Source: a virus
Taxonomy: Duplodnaviria > Caudoviricetes
Length of the DNA: 58,452 nucleotides
Strand: one strand, 5' to 3'
IMG/VR virus record: IMGVR_UViG_3300024430_000001
Span: 1 to 58,452 of that record
In this document: piece after piece, positions 35,793 to 47,167 of the stretch
Layout of the letters: every line of letters begins with the position of its first letter
Numbering within the stretch: the stretch's first letter is position 1
Notes under the pieces: model-generated
The model's input: only the letters and a program-made list of their open reading frames with translations
Databases searched by the model: none
What the model was told of the DNA's origin: nothing
Translations under genes and position numbers: made by a program

Positions 35793-37539
35793 ATGACCAC
35801 TGAACAGATCGTAACCCAGCCGCAGGAGCCGATCGACATTGACGTGGCTATGGCCCGGCTGATCCTGCTGCGCCGTGAGTGCGGGCTGCCTCGGCCGCTC
35901 GGCTACGACATCTCCTATGCGGAGACCGGCTATCAGGGCATCTCTCTCCGAGTCGCCAGCAGCGAGGCTGTGTTCGCGTGGGCGGACGCCCTCGGCGTCC
36001 TGAGCAGCGGCCACGTCCCCGGCGAGGCTTGGCTCTGGTCGTGGAACGGCTGGACTGTGCGGATCTACGCCATCGTCAAGCCGGAAGTCGCGCCATCCGA
36101 TCTGGACGACGAGACGGCGTCCGAGCTGGAGCAGATCGCGGGAGCGGCGCCGCTGGTGTCGGACGAGACGATCCGTGAGGCCGAGCGCATCGAAGATCTG
36201 TACCGCACCGGCGTGATTGGCTCGGACGGGGTGATGGCGTCATGAGCGCCCTGGAGCTGTCGTGGACCGGGTGCGGTGTCTCTGCGACGACCCGGATCGA
36301 GGCCCGCCCCGACGAGAACGGGGCGACCCTGGACGCCGTCCTTTACGCCTGCCGTGAGCACTCCGGTGTGGCTATCGATGCCGTGAGGGACTGGGGTCGG
36401 GCGGCGTGCCCGATGGCGGTCCAGGTTCCCGACTCGGCCTGCTGCGGTGAGACGGATGTGAGGTCGTGAGCACCGCGACCCTGCCCGCCCCCGCCGCGTA
36501 CGCCGCGGCGGTCTCGGCGACGGCCTGCGCGATGGGCTGGCCGCTGGACACGGCGGCGTGGGCGCTGGAGCCGCGAGGTGAGGGCGAATGCGGATGGCTG
36601 CTCGGCTGCCGTGAGGCGGCTGCGGATGGTGACTGGCTGTGTGCCGGTCACCATGCGGAGATCACCCGTAGGGCGGTGCGGCGATGATGGCCGACAGCAA
36701 GCCGCTGTGCACGTGCGGCAACCCGGCGAAGGGGCGCTGTGACTATCCGTGGCTGTGCTGGGGCTGCACACCCGAGAACCGTGACGCCTACCCAGTGCTG
36801 GTGACCTTCACTGAGCGGCATGTGGTGTGGGTGGCCGCCGAGGATCAGGAGGCCGCCGTCATGGCGGTGGAGTGTGAACCGTGGGAGTACATCGATCCCT
36901 CCGAGACGCAGATCAGCGCCGATTGTGCCGCTGACGGACCACGGGACGAGTTCGACTGGGAGGACGTGTACGAGGGCGGCCACCTGTCCTACGAGGGTCT
37001 GGCGTGTGACGCCCATGTGACGGCGTGGCGTCGGCACCTGCGGTCGGTGGAGGTTGAGGCGGCCGAACTGGTGCGCCGGGTGCTGTCTGCCGAGACCGTG
37101 ACGGTGGACGGGGCGGTGCTGTGATGGCCACCCCCGCTGCCACCCCGATCTACGTCACCCACATGCGCATGGACGAGGTCAAGCTCGGCGAGACCGTGCT
37201 TTACGACGGCGAGCTGTGGAAGGTCGAGGAGCGGACGCGGGTCCGGCGAACACGTGAGCCGGCGTTCATGGGCGTCAGCTTGGCCACCGGCGTCCGTGAG
37301 GTGCTGGCCTACGACAACCTGCACGCTGACGCCCAGGTCGTGACGTTATGAGCACCGTCCGCCCGTTCAAAGCGGCGACCGGCCGCTCCGCGAAGGCCAG
37401 GCAGCAGGCCGACCTGATCGGGACCTGCGCCGCCTGTAAGCGGGGGATCTTCACCGGCCAAGACCGTGTGCGGGTCACGACTCCGCACCTGATCGGCCTC
37501 GTCCACGACCCTGACTGTGTCCCGGATGGTGCGCGATGA
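35793..37539 (+). CDS. Run of six small coupled early genes (35793-36245, 36242-36469, 36466-36687, 36684-37124, 37121-37351, 37348-37539)
   Basis: Consecutive ORFs with 4-bp start/stop overlaps; several Cys-rich. Confidence 0.65.
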
Positions 37540-37805
37540 GGGACTGGCGAGACGACGCGGCATGCCTGGGCTACGACCCCGAGGGCTGGTGGCCGGTGGG
37601 TCAAAGCCACTCCCCGCCTAACGCCGGTCGGGTGGCGGCGGCGAAAGCCATCTGCCGCCGCTGCCCATCCCAAAACCCGTGCCTCACCTGGGCGCTGGAG
37701 AACGGCGAACACGGCATCTGGGGCGGCATGACCGAGGAGGAGCGGCTGATCCTCCTCGGCCGCGAGGACTGGCTGGCCCGCGCCGAGGTGGTGACCCATG
37801 GGTGA
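37536..37805 (+). CDS. whiB: WhiB-family transcriptional regulator
   Basis: WRDDAAC...AKAICRRCP...C...GIWGGMTEEER. Confidence 0.93.
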   Translation: MRDWRDDAACLGYDPEGWWPVGQSHSPPNAGRVAAAKAICRRCPSQNPCLTWALENGEHGIWGGMTEEERLILLGREDWLARAEVVTHG

Positions 37806-39858
37806 CGCCGTCCTGCTCTTGCTGTCCGCTGGCGGAAGCCTGGCCATGGGTGCCGGTATCACGTGGGCTGTCGTGGAGTGGCGGCTGGCTGTGGCTGAGG
37901 ACGCCGAGCGGCGGGCTGTGGCCATCCGCGACGAGGCGGCCCGCATCGAAGCCCACGCCGCCGCCCTTGAGGCAACCGCTCGGGCGTTGTACACCGACAC
38001 GTCAGAGCTGCCCGTGGTTGTGCCCGTGTCGGTGCGGGTGCGCGCCGGCCTGATGCTCACCGAGGTCCGAGAGTGGGCTGCCGGGCTGGGCCCGGACCGG
38101 TCCCCGGACTGGCAGCCTGGCGAGCTGGCCGCGTTGACCCGTCCGCCGCTGCGCACCAAATCCGGCACCCCGGCCCGTCAGCGCCGGTGGATTCTGCCCG
38201 GCCAACCCGAAACCCCTGCAACCCCTTCGCCCGTGCTGTTGGCGCGGCTGCCGTTCGATCCGACCCGGCGGTTCCGGGTGGAGGTGAGACACCCATGAGC
38301 CAGGCGCAAGAACAACTTCGTGTGGCCGCCGTCGTGCTGCCGTCCCTGCTTGTCCTGCTGGTTGCGGCCGGTCTGTGGGGTGCCCGCGTCGCCGACATAA
38401 CGCAGCGGGCAGCCGCCCGGATCGTCGGCCAGTGGCGTTCTCGTCGTGAGCGGATCTGGCGTGAGCGGGAGGGGCGGTCGGCATGAGCCTGTCCAAAGCG
38501 CTCGACCAGTTTGATCACATCGTCGCCGACAGCGACCTCAGCGGCTCCGTGATCAAGGCGCTCGACGACTTGGAGGACGACGCGTTCCTGAGCGTGATCC
38601 TGCGCCGTCTCGGCACCCTGCCGACCAACAGGGCGATCTGGAAGGGCCTGTGCGACCCGGTGCTCATCGACCGCACCATCGGATGCCTGGAGGAGCTGGC
38701 CGAGGAGATGGGTGAGGACGTGCGCCGCAGGGCACTGCCCGCAGCGCACGGCAAAGCCAAGCAGCTCAACGTCGTCGGGACCCGCTTGCAGATGGCCAGG
38801 GCGGCGGCGCTCCGGCGCGAGGACCGCGTGGCCCGTATTGAGACAGTCCGGGAGATGACACATCAGCTGCTGAGGCGGCTCACCCTCGCCGTCAACACGC
38901 ACCGCCTGGCCTGCATCGAACAGAACCTGTCACCGGAGCCGCACGACCTGGCGCTGTGGGAAACGCTTGACGAGCTGCGGCTCCCGGAGGCAGGTCAGGA
39001 AGGGGCCGGTCCCTCGCTGGCCGAGCAGATCGCCGACGGGCGCTGGTATCACGCGGACGCGTCCACATCGGACACCGCGACCTCCGAGGCGGTGACCCGA
39101 TGAGCCTCACCGACCAGCAGATCGCCCAGCTGAGCAGCCTCCTCGCCAGCCTGAAGCAGCGCGTCAGCGACCCGTTGTCCTGCTGTGATGAGGCCAAGAC
39201 CGGCGTTGCGGCTGCCGAAGACCTGCTGGACGAGGTCGAGCGGCTGCGTGCCGAGAATCAGCGCCTGGCGGAGCGGGTGGCCGAGGAGCACGACCGGGCG
39301 ACCGGTGCCCTGGCGGAGGCTGATGAAGTGGTCGCGGCCACGCGGCAGGCAGCCATCAACGGCTTCACGGCGGTGCGGCAAAAACTCCTGGCTGCCCTCG
39401 GCCGTAAGGACGACCGGCGTACCCAGCTGGTTGAGTACGTCGCCGACCTCGCCGCCGAGCGGGACCAAGTGTGCGCTGAGCTGGAGCGGGAGAGGCAGGC
39501 CACTCATCGGGTAGCCGATCAGCTTGGCGCGCTGACCATGTGCGGCATCGATGGCTGTGTGCTGTCCGATGCGATCGACCATTGCCACGGCGAGGATCAC
39601 GGCTACTGCTGCACCGAGGACTACGCCGAGCAGGACACCGGCGTGGCCGTGCATCGGGACCACCTGCCAGCCGCGCTGATGGCCAACCTGGCTGCTGTCC
39701 GCGCCGAGCTGGAGCGGGCCCGACCGGTGGTCGAGGCGGCGAAGGCGCTGCGCTCAACGTGGCGCGGCAGCTCGGTGCCCCGCATTCCGGAGGAGTCCGC
39801 AGTGGCTGCCGCTGCGGACGCCTGGACCGCCTCCGAGGAGGTGGGCGACCGTGGGTGA
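37798..39858 (+). CDS. Four coupled hypothetical genes (37798-38298, 38295-38486, 38483-39103, 39100-39858)
   Basis: Overlapping start/stop codons; first two have TM segments, last is coiled-coil. Confidence 0.6.
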
Positions 39859-40090
39859 CCAGATCGACCTCACCGACCAGCAGTCGCTCAAATCCGCGCG
39901 CCACTACCGTGCACGCAAAGCCAACGCCGCGCGGAACGGCAACCACGCCGCCGCCGCACAAGCCGGTCTTGCCCGCGAGGTGATGGGCATGCCGTGGGCG
40001 ACCCGTGACGAACTGCGGGAGGCGATCCCCCCGGCCTACACCGAGTTCATCGGCGTCCAGCTACTGGCGGCGATCGGGGTGATGTCGTGA
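39851..40090 (+). pseudogene. Remnant C-terminus of a phage DNA (cytosine)-methyltransferase-like gene
   Basis: AREVMGMPWATRDELREAIPPAYTEFIG.QL resembles the C-terminus of actinophage SAM-dependent MTases; no catalytic N-terminus. Confidence 0.55.
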
Positions 40091-40361
40091 TGACCCCGAA
40101 CTGGTTGCGCCGTCTGGGTTCTGCTGCTCTCTCGCGGGAGATCGCCCGGGTCCGGCTCGACCGTGAGTGCTGGAAGCGGCGGGCGCTGGGAGCGGAGACG
40201 CGCGAGCGGGCCGCCCGTGACCGGGCAGAGCAGCAGCGGCTGCTGATGGATCGCCAGGTGCAGCGAATCCAGCAATTGGAAGCTGAGCTGGCCGAGGCCC
40301 AGGCCACGGCCGAAGGGCTCGCCCAAACCAACACTGATCTTGAAAAGGAACTGGACAACCG

Positions 40362-41270
40362 ATGAGCGGGTTCGTGTTCACCAAAGCCACGAAGAAGGCG
40401 CTGAAGGCACGTGTGGCGATCGAGGGGCCGTCGGGTAGCGGCAAGACGTGGACGGCGCTGACGATCGCCCGGGCGCTGGGCAAACGGATCGCGCTGGCCG
40501 ACACCGAGCACCGGTCAGCGTCGAAGTACGCAGACGTGTTCGACTTCGACACCCTGGCGGTTGAGCGGTTCGCCCCTGAGGTGCTGATTGAGATCCTGGC
40601 TGCTGCCGCGAGTCATGACGTGGCGATCGTGGACAGCCTGTCGCACTGGTGGATGGGCACCGACGGCATGCTGGAGCAGGTCGACCGGGCCGCGAAACGC
40701 TCCGGTGGCGGGAACTCGTTCGCCGGGTGGAAGGAGATGCGCCCGCACGAACGCCGCATGATCGAGGCGATGCTGGCCTTCCCCGGTCACCTGATCGTGA
40801 CACTACGGTCGAAGACCGAGTGGGTGATCGAGGAAAACGACCGGGGACGGAAGGTGCCCCGCAAGATCGGCCTGAAGGCTGAGCAGCGCGAAGGGCTGGA
40901 GTACGAGTTCGACCTGGTCGGATCGATGGACCACGAGAACACCATGGTGGTCACCAAATCCCGATGCCCGGCCCTGGCCGGCGCGGTTGTGCAGCGGCCG
41001 GACGAGTCTTTCGGCCGGACACTGCTGGACTGGCTGGAGTCCGGCGAAGCCGAAGGCCCGTCCGCCATCGACATCCGCGACGAGGCACTAGATCCACTGT
41101 TGACGGTCGATGACCTGCGCAAGCTGTACGAGAAAGCCGAGCAATATCAGCGGCTCGGCGCCGCGGTGATGACCGACACCGGCGATGTGGCCGCCCTCGG
41201 TGACTTCATCCGCAACAAGGCCCGCGAGGCGCAGACGCGCGCCCGTGCTGCCGCGGAGGTGTCGGCATGA
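40362..41270 (+). CDS. AAA_24 / Sak4-like ATPase (single-strand annealing recombinase)
   Basis: F..ATKK..KARVAIEGPSGSGKT, IVDSLSHWW, EYEFD, VTKSRC motifs. Confidence 0.85.
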   Translation: MSGFVFTKATKKALKARVAIEGPSGSGKTWTALTIARALGKRIALADTEHRSASKYADVFDFDTLAVERFAPEVLIEILAAAASHDVAIVDSLSHWWMGTDGMLEQVDRAAKRSGGGNSFAGWKEMRPHERRMIEAMLAFPGHLIVTLRSKTEWVIEENDRGRKVPRKIGLKAEQREGLEYEFDLVGSMDHENTMVVTKSRCPALAGAVVQRPDESFGRTLLDWLESGEAEGPSAIDIRDEALDPLLTVDDLRKLYEKAEQYQRLGAAVMTDTGDVAALGDFIRNKAREAQTRARAAAEVSA

Positions 41271-41764
41271 ACCGTGCAGACATCCTCCACCAGGTCATCC
41301 GCCTGGAAGCCGCTGCGGCAGCGGCCCGATTCAAAGCGGACATACTGCGGGAACTGCTCAACCGGGACGCGATCGCCGAATTCGAGGAGCAGGGAACGGC
41401 ACCGACGTGGCGGACCCCGTCGGCCACCGTGTCCCTGCCCGTGTCGAAAACGCGGGCGGTCGTGTCCGATCCGGACGCGGTGCTGCGGTGGGTGCGCACA
41501 CGGCATCCGTCCGAAGTGGTCGAGCAGGTGCGCCCCGCTTTCGCGCGGGCCCTGCCCGGCCTGCTGAAGGTGTCCGGCGATGTGGTGATCGATCCGGAGA
41601 CCGGTGAGGTCGTGCCCGGCATGGCCGTGGCCGAAGGCGGGATACCCGGATCGCTGCGGATCGTCCCCACCGATGAAGCCAAGGCCCGCATCGCTTCCGA
41701 GGCGGCCGACATGCTGGCGGCAGTGGAGGCGGCGCTGGACGAGCCGTCGGGCGGTGAACGCTGA
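41267..41764 (+). CDS. Hypothetical recombination-linked protein (Gam-like?)
   Basis: VIDPETGEVVPG motif; coupled to the Sak4-like gene. Confidence 0.5.
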   Translation: MNRADILHQVIRLEAAAAAARFKADILRELLNRDAIAEFEEQGTAPTWRTPSATVSLPVSKTRAVVSDPDAVLRWVRTRHPSEVVEQVRPAFARALPGLLKVSGDVVIDPETGEVVPGMAVAEGGIPGSLRIVPTDEAKARIASEAADMLAAVEAALDEPSGGER

Positions 41765-42375
41765 TGCTGATCCTGGTCACCGGCTGGCGTAAGCACCCTT
41801 CCCGGGATGCCGTGTGGAAGGTACTCGACGACATCACCGCACCACTGTCGGATCTCCAACTTGTCACGGTGCTGCACGGCGCCGCGCCGGGCGCGGACGG
41901 ACACGCCGACGCGTGGTGTCGGATGCGCGGCGCGTCGGCCATTCCGTTCCCCGCCCGAGACTACGGCCAGTGGCCAGGGTGCGGACCGCGACGCAACAAG
42001 GTGATGGTGCGCACTTTCGCCGCCCATGCTGAGCCCACGAAACGGGCCGTCGCGTTCCCGCAACCGGGGTGGGAGACGGCCGAGCGCTGCGGTACACGGG
42101 GCTGTATCGCGCTGCTGCGTGAGGCGGGGTTCGAGGGCACCTACCTGTGGTGCACACCCGAGGAGGCGGTGGAACACGCACTCAGCGACGGCCACCTCAT
42201 GTACCGGGGCCAGCTCCTGTGCTCGGACTGCTGGCAGCCACTGAAGAACGTCGAGCACGACTACGTGACTCGTGAGGCGATCGCCCCGGAGTGCGCGATC
42301 TGCGGCGGTGTCCCTGACGCCAGCCACCCCAACGTGCCGATGCCCGGCCAGTCCGAGATCGGGGTGTCGTCGTGA
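41764..42375 (+). CDS. SLOG / DUF2493 (YspA-like) protein with C-terminal Zn ribbon
   Basis: ILVTGWR, VLHGAAPGAD, GPRRN..MV, AFP, GT..CI motifs. Confidence 0.8.
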   Translation: MLILVTGWRKHPSRDAVWKVLDDITAPLSDLQLVTVLHGAAPGADGHADAWCRMRGASAIPFPARDYGQWPGCGPRRNKVMVRTFAAHAEPTKRAVAFPQPGWETAERCGTRGCIALLREAGFEGTYLWCTPEEAVEHALSDGHLMYRGQLLCSDCWQPLKNVEHDYVTREAIAPECAICGGVPDASHPNVPMPGQSEIGVSS

Positions 42376-43461
42376 GCCTGTCTGATCTGTCCGGCGCGAC
42401 CACAGAGCCGACACCCGCCGAGGTCCGGGTCACATGCGGCTACTGCTCTAACCAGCCAGCGGCCTACGTCCTGGTCATGTGGTGGACCGCGATGAAGGAG
42501 CGCACGACCGAGGTGGTGTGCGAGGACTGCGGCGAATCCAGCATTCGAGACGGTGGCCGGCTCGGCATCGTGCACCTGTACCGCGTCGACTTCGCGACTC
42601 CAGCGCGGGAGGTGCACGATGTCGACGCTTGAGCCGACCGTCCAGGTCACCCAGTACGCGGTCAACGTGTACCCGGACCCAGACAGCATCAACGCCAGCC
42701 TGTACGAGATCACCGTCGAGTACCGGGGCAAGGGCCAGTGGGCGGTGTGCTGGAAAGGCGACTGCTTCGACGCCGACGGCCGACGCTCCTACGAGCCGAT
42801 CCCGTCGGAGCGAACCGGCGAGTGGCTGGCCCGCCATCGCTTCGACCACGACACCGCGATCGAGTTGGCGAAGCGGATCGCCCCGACGCTGATGGTCAAC
42901 GGCATGACGGCTGCGGGTTGCTGGGAGTGGGAGCAGAACCAGCGCGCGCGGTTGGGGGTGTCTGGTGTCTCCGTTTGAGACGACAGCCGCCGAGTGTGCG
43001 GCAGATGCTGCGGCCGATGAGCAGCAGCGGCGGGAGGACCGTCGCCTGCTCGCGCGCACGCTGAAGTGGGCGCGAGACAACGGTCGCGTTCGCGACCGGC
43101 GCTACGAGGGCGGCAGGTTCGCCGTCTACGTGTGGACCTGCCCTGATGGGCGGGTGTGGCTGGGCCCGTCTGGCGACGTCACGGTTTACGTCGGCTTCCA
43201 CAGCCTCCAGCCGGAGACCGTGCGGGAGGCGGTGGACCTGCTGGTGGCTCTCGGAGTGCTGCCGGTGGAGATGTCGTCGGCCTACGAGGCGGGCCGGGAG
43301 TCGGCCTACGTGCCCGATGTCGTCGAGTGGTCCACCCGGTGGCCGTATGGCGGAGTGGACCTGTGCTGGGACGAGTCGGAGGCCCGGGCCCGGCATGGCC
43401 GGTATCCGCGTGAGTCGGTGCTGGTGCAGCGCCGTGTTGGCCCCTGGACGGAGGTGGCCGG

Positions 43462-44283
43462 GTGAAGCCTCCATTCACCTACTACGGCGGCAAGCTTTCC
43501 ATCGCCCAAGACATCGTCGCCGCGCTGCCGGACCATCTGCACTACGTCGAGCCGTTCGCCGGCTCCCTGGCTGTGTTGCTGGCCAAGCCGCCGTCGCCGA
43601 TGGAGACGGTCAACGACCTCGACGAGCAGCTGATGACGTTCTGGCGGGTGCTGCGCGACCGGCCAGCGGATCTCGTTCGCGCCGCGGCGTTGACGCCGCA
43701 CTCCCGGGCGGAGCACCAGCTGGCCTACCAGCCGGCCGTCGACGAGCTGGAGACTGCCCGCCGGGTGTGGGTGCTGCTCACGCAAGCACGGTCCGGCACG
43801 CTGCGCCGCACCGGATGGCGCTACTACGTCAACCCCCGCGGGTCCAGCGCGTCCATGCCCGACTACCTCGAGGCCTACGTCGACCGCATCCTGCCCGCCG
43901 CTGAACGGCTGCGGGCCGTGTCGCTCGAGGCCCGCCCCGCGCTGGAGATCATCACCAAGTACGGGCAGCACCCGGAAGTCCTGTTGTACGTCGACCCGCC
44001 CTACCTCGCCGCCACCCGCGGCCACCTCAACTACCGCCACGAGATGAGCGGCGAGGCCGACCACCGCGAGCTTGCCGACGCGCTGCACGCCGCCGCGGCG
44101 GCGGTCGTGCTGTCCGGCTACGACTCGCCGCTGTACCAGGAGCTGTACGCGGGATGGCACCGGCACGAGATCGCCACCGGGACCGGACAAGGCGGCACCT
44201 GGCAGGACCGCACCGAAGTGTTGTGGTCCAACCGGACGCTTGGTGTCCAGCCGTCCCTGTTCGAACTGACGGAGGTGGCCTGA
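43462..44283 (+). CDS. dam: DNA adenine methyltransferase (D12/Dam class)
   Basis: YYGGK, YVEPFAGS, ETVNDLD, YVDPPY motifs. Confidence 0.93.
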   Translation: MKPPFTYYGGKLSIAQDIVAALPDHLHYVEPFAGSLAVLLAKPPSPMETVNDLDEQLMTFWRVLRDRPADLVRAAALTPHSRAEHQLAYQPAVDELETARRVWVLLTQARSGTLRRTGWRYYVNPRGSSASMPDYLEAYVDRILPAAERLRAVSLEARPALEIITKYGQHPEVLLYVDPPYLAATRGHLNYRHEMSGEADHRELADALHAAAAAVVLSGYDSPLYQELYAGWHRHEIATGTGQGGTWQDRTEVLWSNRTLGVQPSLFELTEVA

Positions 44284-44690
44284 GATGGCCCTGTACCTCG
44301 TGCGCGAACGCCGCCCCGCCGAGCTGCCGACCACCTGGGACGCCGCCGAAGGGCGGGCGGTGCGCTGGTCGGGCTGGTCACCGCCACACCGGATCTTCGT
44401 CTGCCCGCCGCCGCCTGAGCCGGACACCTGCTGCAACTGCGGCCAGGCCGCCGACGAGGAGACCGCCACCGGCTACATCCAGCCGCTACCGGCCGATGTG
44501 GTCGAGGAGGACCGGGTGGTCGCGTCGAAGCGCCGCCCGGGCAGCACCTGGGGCCGGACGGTCAAGAGGCTGGCACACGAGTACCTGCGGCTGCTCGCGT
44601 TCCGCTGTCCGGCCTGCGGACATGTGGACATCTACGACGAGCACACCAAAGAGCTGACCCACGACGAGCCGGAGGTGGCCTGAGATGGCC
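44270..44690. repeat. 21-bp direct repeats flanking ORF 44285-44683
   Basis: CGGAGGTGGCCTGAGATGGCC at 44270-44290 and 44670-44690. Confidence 0.85.
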
Positions 44691-45575
44691 GAATACAGCA
44701 GGATCGTTAGCGATCCTTACCGCGAGGACTTCGTTTGCTGGGCATCCAACCCGGGCGAGGACTACCCGTACGACCACGACCACGCGGGCGATTGCGACTG
44801 GGGATGGGCCTGCAACCAGGCCGGATGCAGGTGGCGTGCCGACCATGCTCCGTGTCCCGACCACGCGCCGACCGTTTTCCTGGGGCTGCGCCTGGTCGAG
44901 TGTCAGGCCGAACCGCGGCACTGGCTGTGGGTGCACGATCGGGAGGACTACGGCCACGGTTGCCCGTTGTGCTGGTACGAGCAGGCGGCGGCCGAGTTGG
45001 CGCCGCTCCAGATGACTGCGGGGCAGCGGGCGCATCGCTGGTGCTGGCTGGTTAACCCGCTCAAACGGGCGGCCGTTTGGGCGCATGTCGCCCGCATCCG
45101 CAGCTTTGGCGATCCGTGGTGTCGGCATGTCGATGTGCGCTGGCGGTGGTCGCGGTGATCACCGACCGGGAGTGGTTGCGTGCCATCGTCTTGCACCTGC
45201 TGGCCATCGAGCGTCCGTGGGCGCGTCGTCTGCGGCTGCGCCGAGAGCGGATGGGGCGCCGATGAGCCCGAGACCGCGCTTCCCTCGACGCAAGCCGCGC
45301 GGCCGATTCGACCGAGCGGTCCTTGCCCCGCTGATCCGCCCGTCCGCTCCCGTCGCATGGGTGTCGCTCGGGTTGACCGAGCGTCGCGCCACGCTACTGC
45401 GTGCCATCCAGGCCGGTGAGGTCAAGGCGGGTCGCGGCAGCTACGAACGGTGCTGGCGCTGGAAAGGCAGCACCGTTACCGCCGCAGTGGACGAACTCAT
45501 CGCCGCCGGCTGGGCACGGGGCAGCAAGACGGTGGAGCTGACCGAGGCGGGACAGTCCGTTTTGGACGGTGCGCC

Positions 45576-45935
45576 ATGAGCGGCTACACCTACGTGCACA
45601 TCTGGCCGATCACCGACCTGGACCGGCCTATCTCCGCCCTGCGCGCCGAGGCGTGCGCGGTACTGGATGCGATGGCCGCCCAAGCCGGGGCCCGGATCGT
45701 GGGTGATCCGGTGTGGACGGTGTCGGGTGAGCGGCTGATCTGCCGCGCCCCGGCCCGCCCGCTGCGCGATGACGAGCTGCCAGCGTTCGCGCCGGGGCAG
45801 CGGACCCCGGAGGCGGTGATCGCCGAGATCCGGCGCCTGTCCCGGCTCGATAAGGGCGTGAACGAGATCGCGTCGCGGCTGGGTGTGGCTCCGGCGACGG
45901 TGCGGCTGTACAAGCCCAGGGAGGTGGCGGCATGA
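45576..45935 (+). CDS. Hypothetical protein with C-terminal HTH
   Basis: KGVNEIASRLGVAPATVRLY. Confidence 0.65.
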   Translation: MSGYTYVHIWPITDLDRPISALRAEACAVLDAMAAQAGARIVGDPVWTVSGERLICRAPARPLRDDELPAFAPGQRTPEAVIAEIRRLSRLDKGVNEIASRLGVAPATVRLYKPREVAA

Positions 45936-46756
45936 CGTCGGTGTCTGTGCAGCTGGGCTATCAGGGCGATCCGCGGCACGGCTACACGCTGGCCGACATC
46001 GGCCGGCTTGCACAGAAGTCCGCACGAATCGCGGGATGGCAGTCGTCGGACTATGCGGCCCGCTGCGACGAGGCGTGGTCGGGCATCGTGGCCTACCTGT
46101 ACGCCGCCGACCTGCCGCCGCCCGAGCGGGATCTGGTCGACGCAGGCTGCCTGGCGGTCAGGCGGGAGCAGCAGGCAGTGCGGCATCTCCGTGGGGTCGT
46201 GGCGGCGGAGGGTGGCGGCTACCGCCGTATGGGCGGCTACGAGCGGTACTGGCGCTACCACGCCCGTGCGACACCGTCGCCGGAGCAGATCGTGGTGGAT
46301 CGCGCGGCGGTGTGGCAGATCCTGCCCCTGCTCAGCTACAAGCAGCGCGCCGCCCTGGACGCCTACATCGACCACGGGCTGTCGATCGCCGCGGCTGCCG
46401 ACGCGCTTGGGATCGGCTACCCGGCCATGGCCAGCCGTCTGGAGGCGGCCAGGCGACGGTTTCTGGCGGCGTGGCATGAGCACGAGACACCGTCGCGGAA
46501 GTGGCGCTACCGCTGGCCTCTGGACCGCATGACCCCATGCGGCACGGACACAGGCTATTTCCGTCACCTGCGGTGGGGGGAGCAGGCGTGTGGCGGCTGC
46601 CGGGAGGCGCATCGTCTAGTCGTCGCGAGGAGCAGGGCACGGCGTAAGGCCAGCGCTGGGTCTGAGGCTGTCGCGGACCCGGCACCGGTTGGCCGGTATC
46701 CGCGGACCCGGTCGGCGGCGAAGGCGGCAGACCGTCGTGCTCGGGAGGCGGCGTGA
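45932..46756 (+). CDS. Sigma-factor-like (region 4 HTH) regulator
   Basis: LSYKQRAAL...SIAAAADALGIGY...SRLEAARRRF; C-terminal CGT..GY..H...C..C. Confidence 0.7.
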   Translation: MTSVSVQLGYQGDPRHGYTLADIGRLAQKSARIAGWQSSDYAARCDEAWSGIVAYLYAADLPPPERDLVDAGCLAVRREQQAVRHLRGVVAAEGGGYRRMGGYERYWRYHARATPSPEQIVVDRAAVWQILPLLSYKQRAALDAYIDHGLSIAAAADALGIGYPAMASRLEAARRRFLAAWHEHETPSRKWRYRWPLDRMTPCGTDTGYFRHLRWGEQACGGCREAHRLVVARSRARRKASAGSEAVADPAPVGRYPRTRSAAKAADRRAREAA

Positions 46757-46761
46757 TCAGC

Positions 46762-47067
46762 TCACTGGTCTCCGCTGGATGCGGAACGACGGCGACGGGG
46801 CGGCTCGACGTCAACGCGCGGCGGGACGCCTTTAGCTCGGGCGATGCGGCGGACGTAGCCGACGGACCAGCCGAGGTGGTTCGCCACATCGGTGACGGTG
46901 GGCGCGCCGGTGACCTCTTCCGCGATGGCGGCATTGAGTTCGGCGGTGGCGTCGTCGATCAGTTTCTTCGCTGCGGCCTTGGCCTCCTCAACGGCCTTTT
47001 GCGCGGCGAGGAGCTTTTCGGACGGTTGGTAGGCCACGTCGGCAGTGTCGCATATGGGCGGGGTCAT
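46762..47067 (-). CDS. Small HTH protein divergent from the replication initiator
   Basis: TVTDVANHLGWSVGYVRRIAR; minus-strand TACAAT -10 before leaderless ATG. Confidence 0.7.
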   Translation of the reverse strand: MTPPICDTADVAYQPSEKLLAAQKAVEEAKAAAKKLIDDATAELNAAIAEEVTGAPTVTDVANHLGWSVGYVRRIARAKGVPPRVDVEPPRRRRSASSGDQ

Positions 47068-47167
47068 GGACAGCATTGTATTCGACACTAGCAAGTTCGG
47101 TACAGTCGGTGTCGACACTATGAGTTACCATTAGTACGAACGAACGAAGATCGGGAGCGAGGAAACC

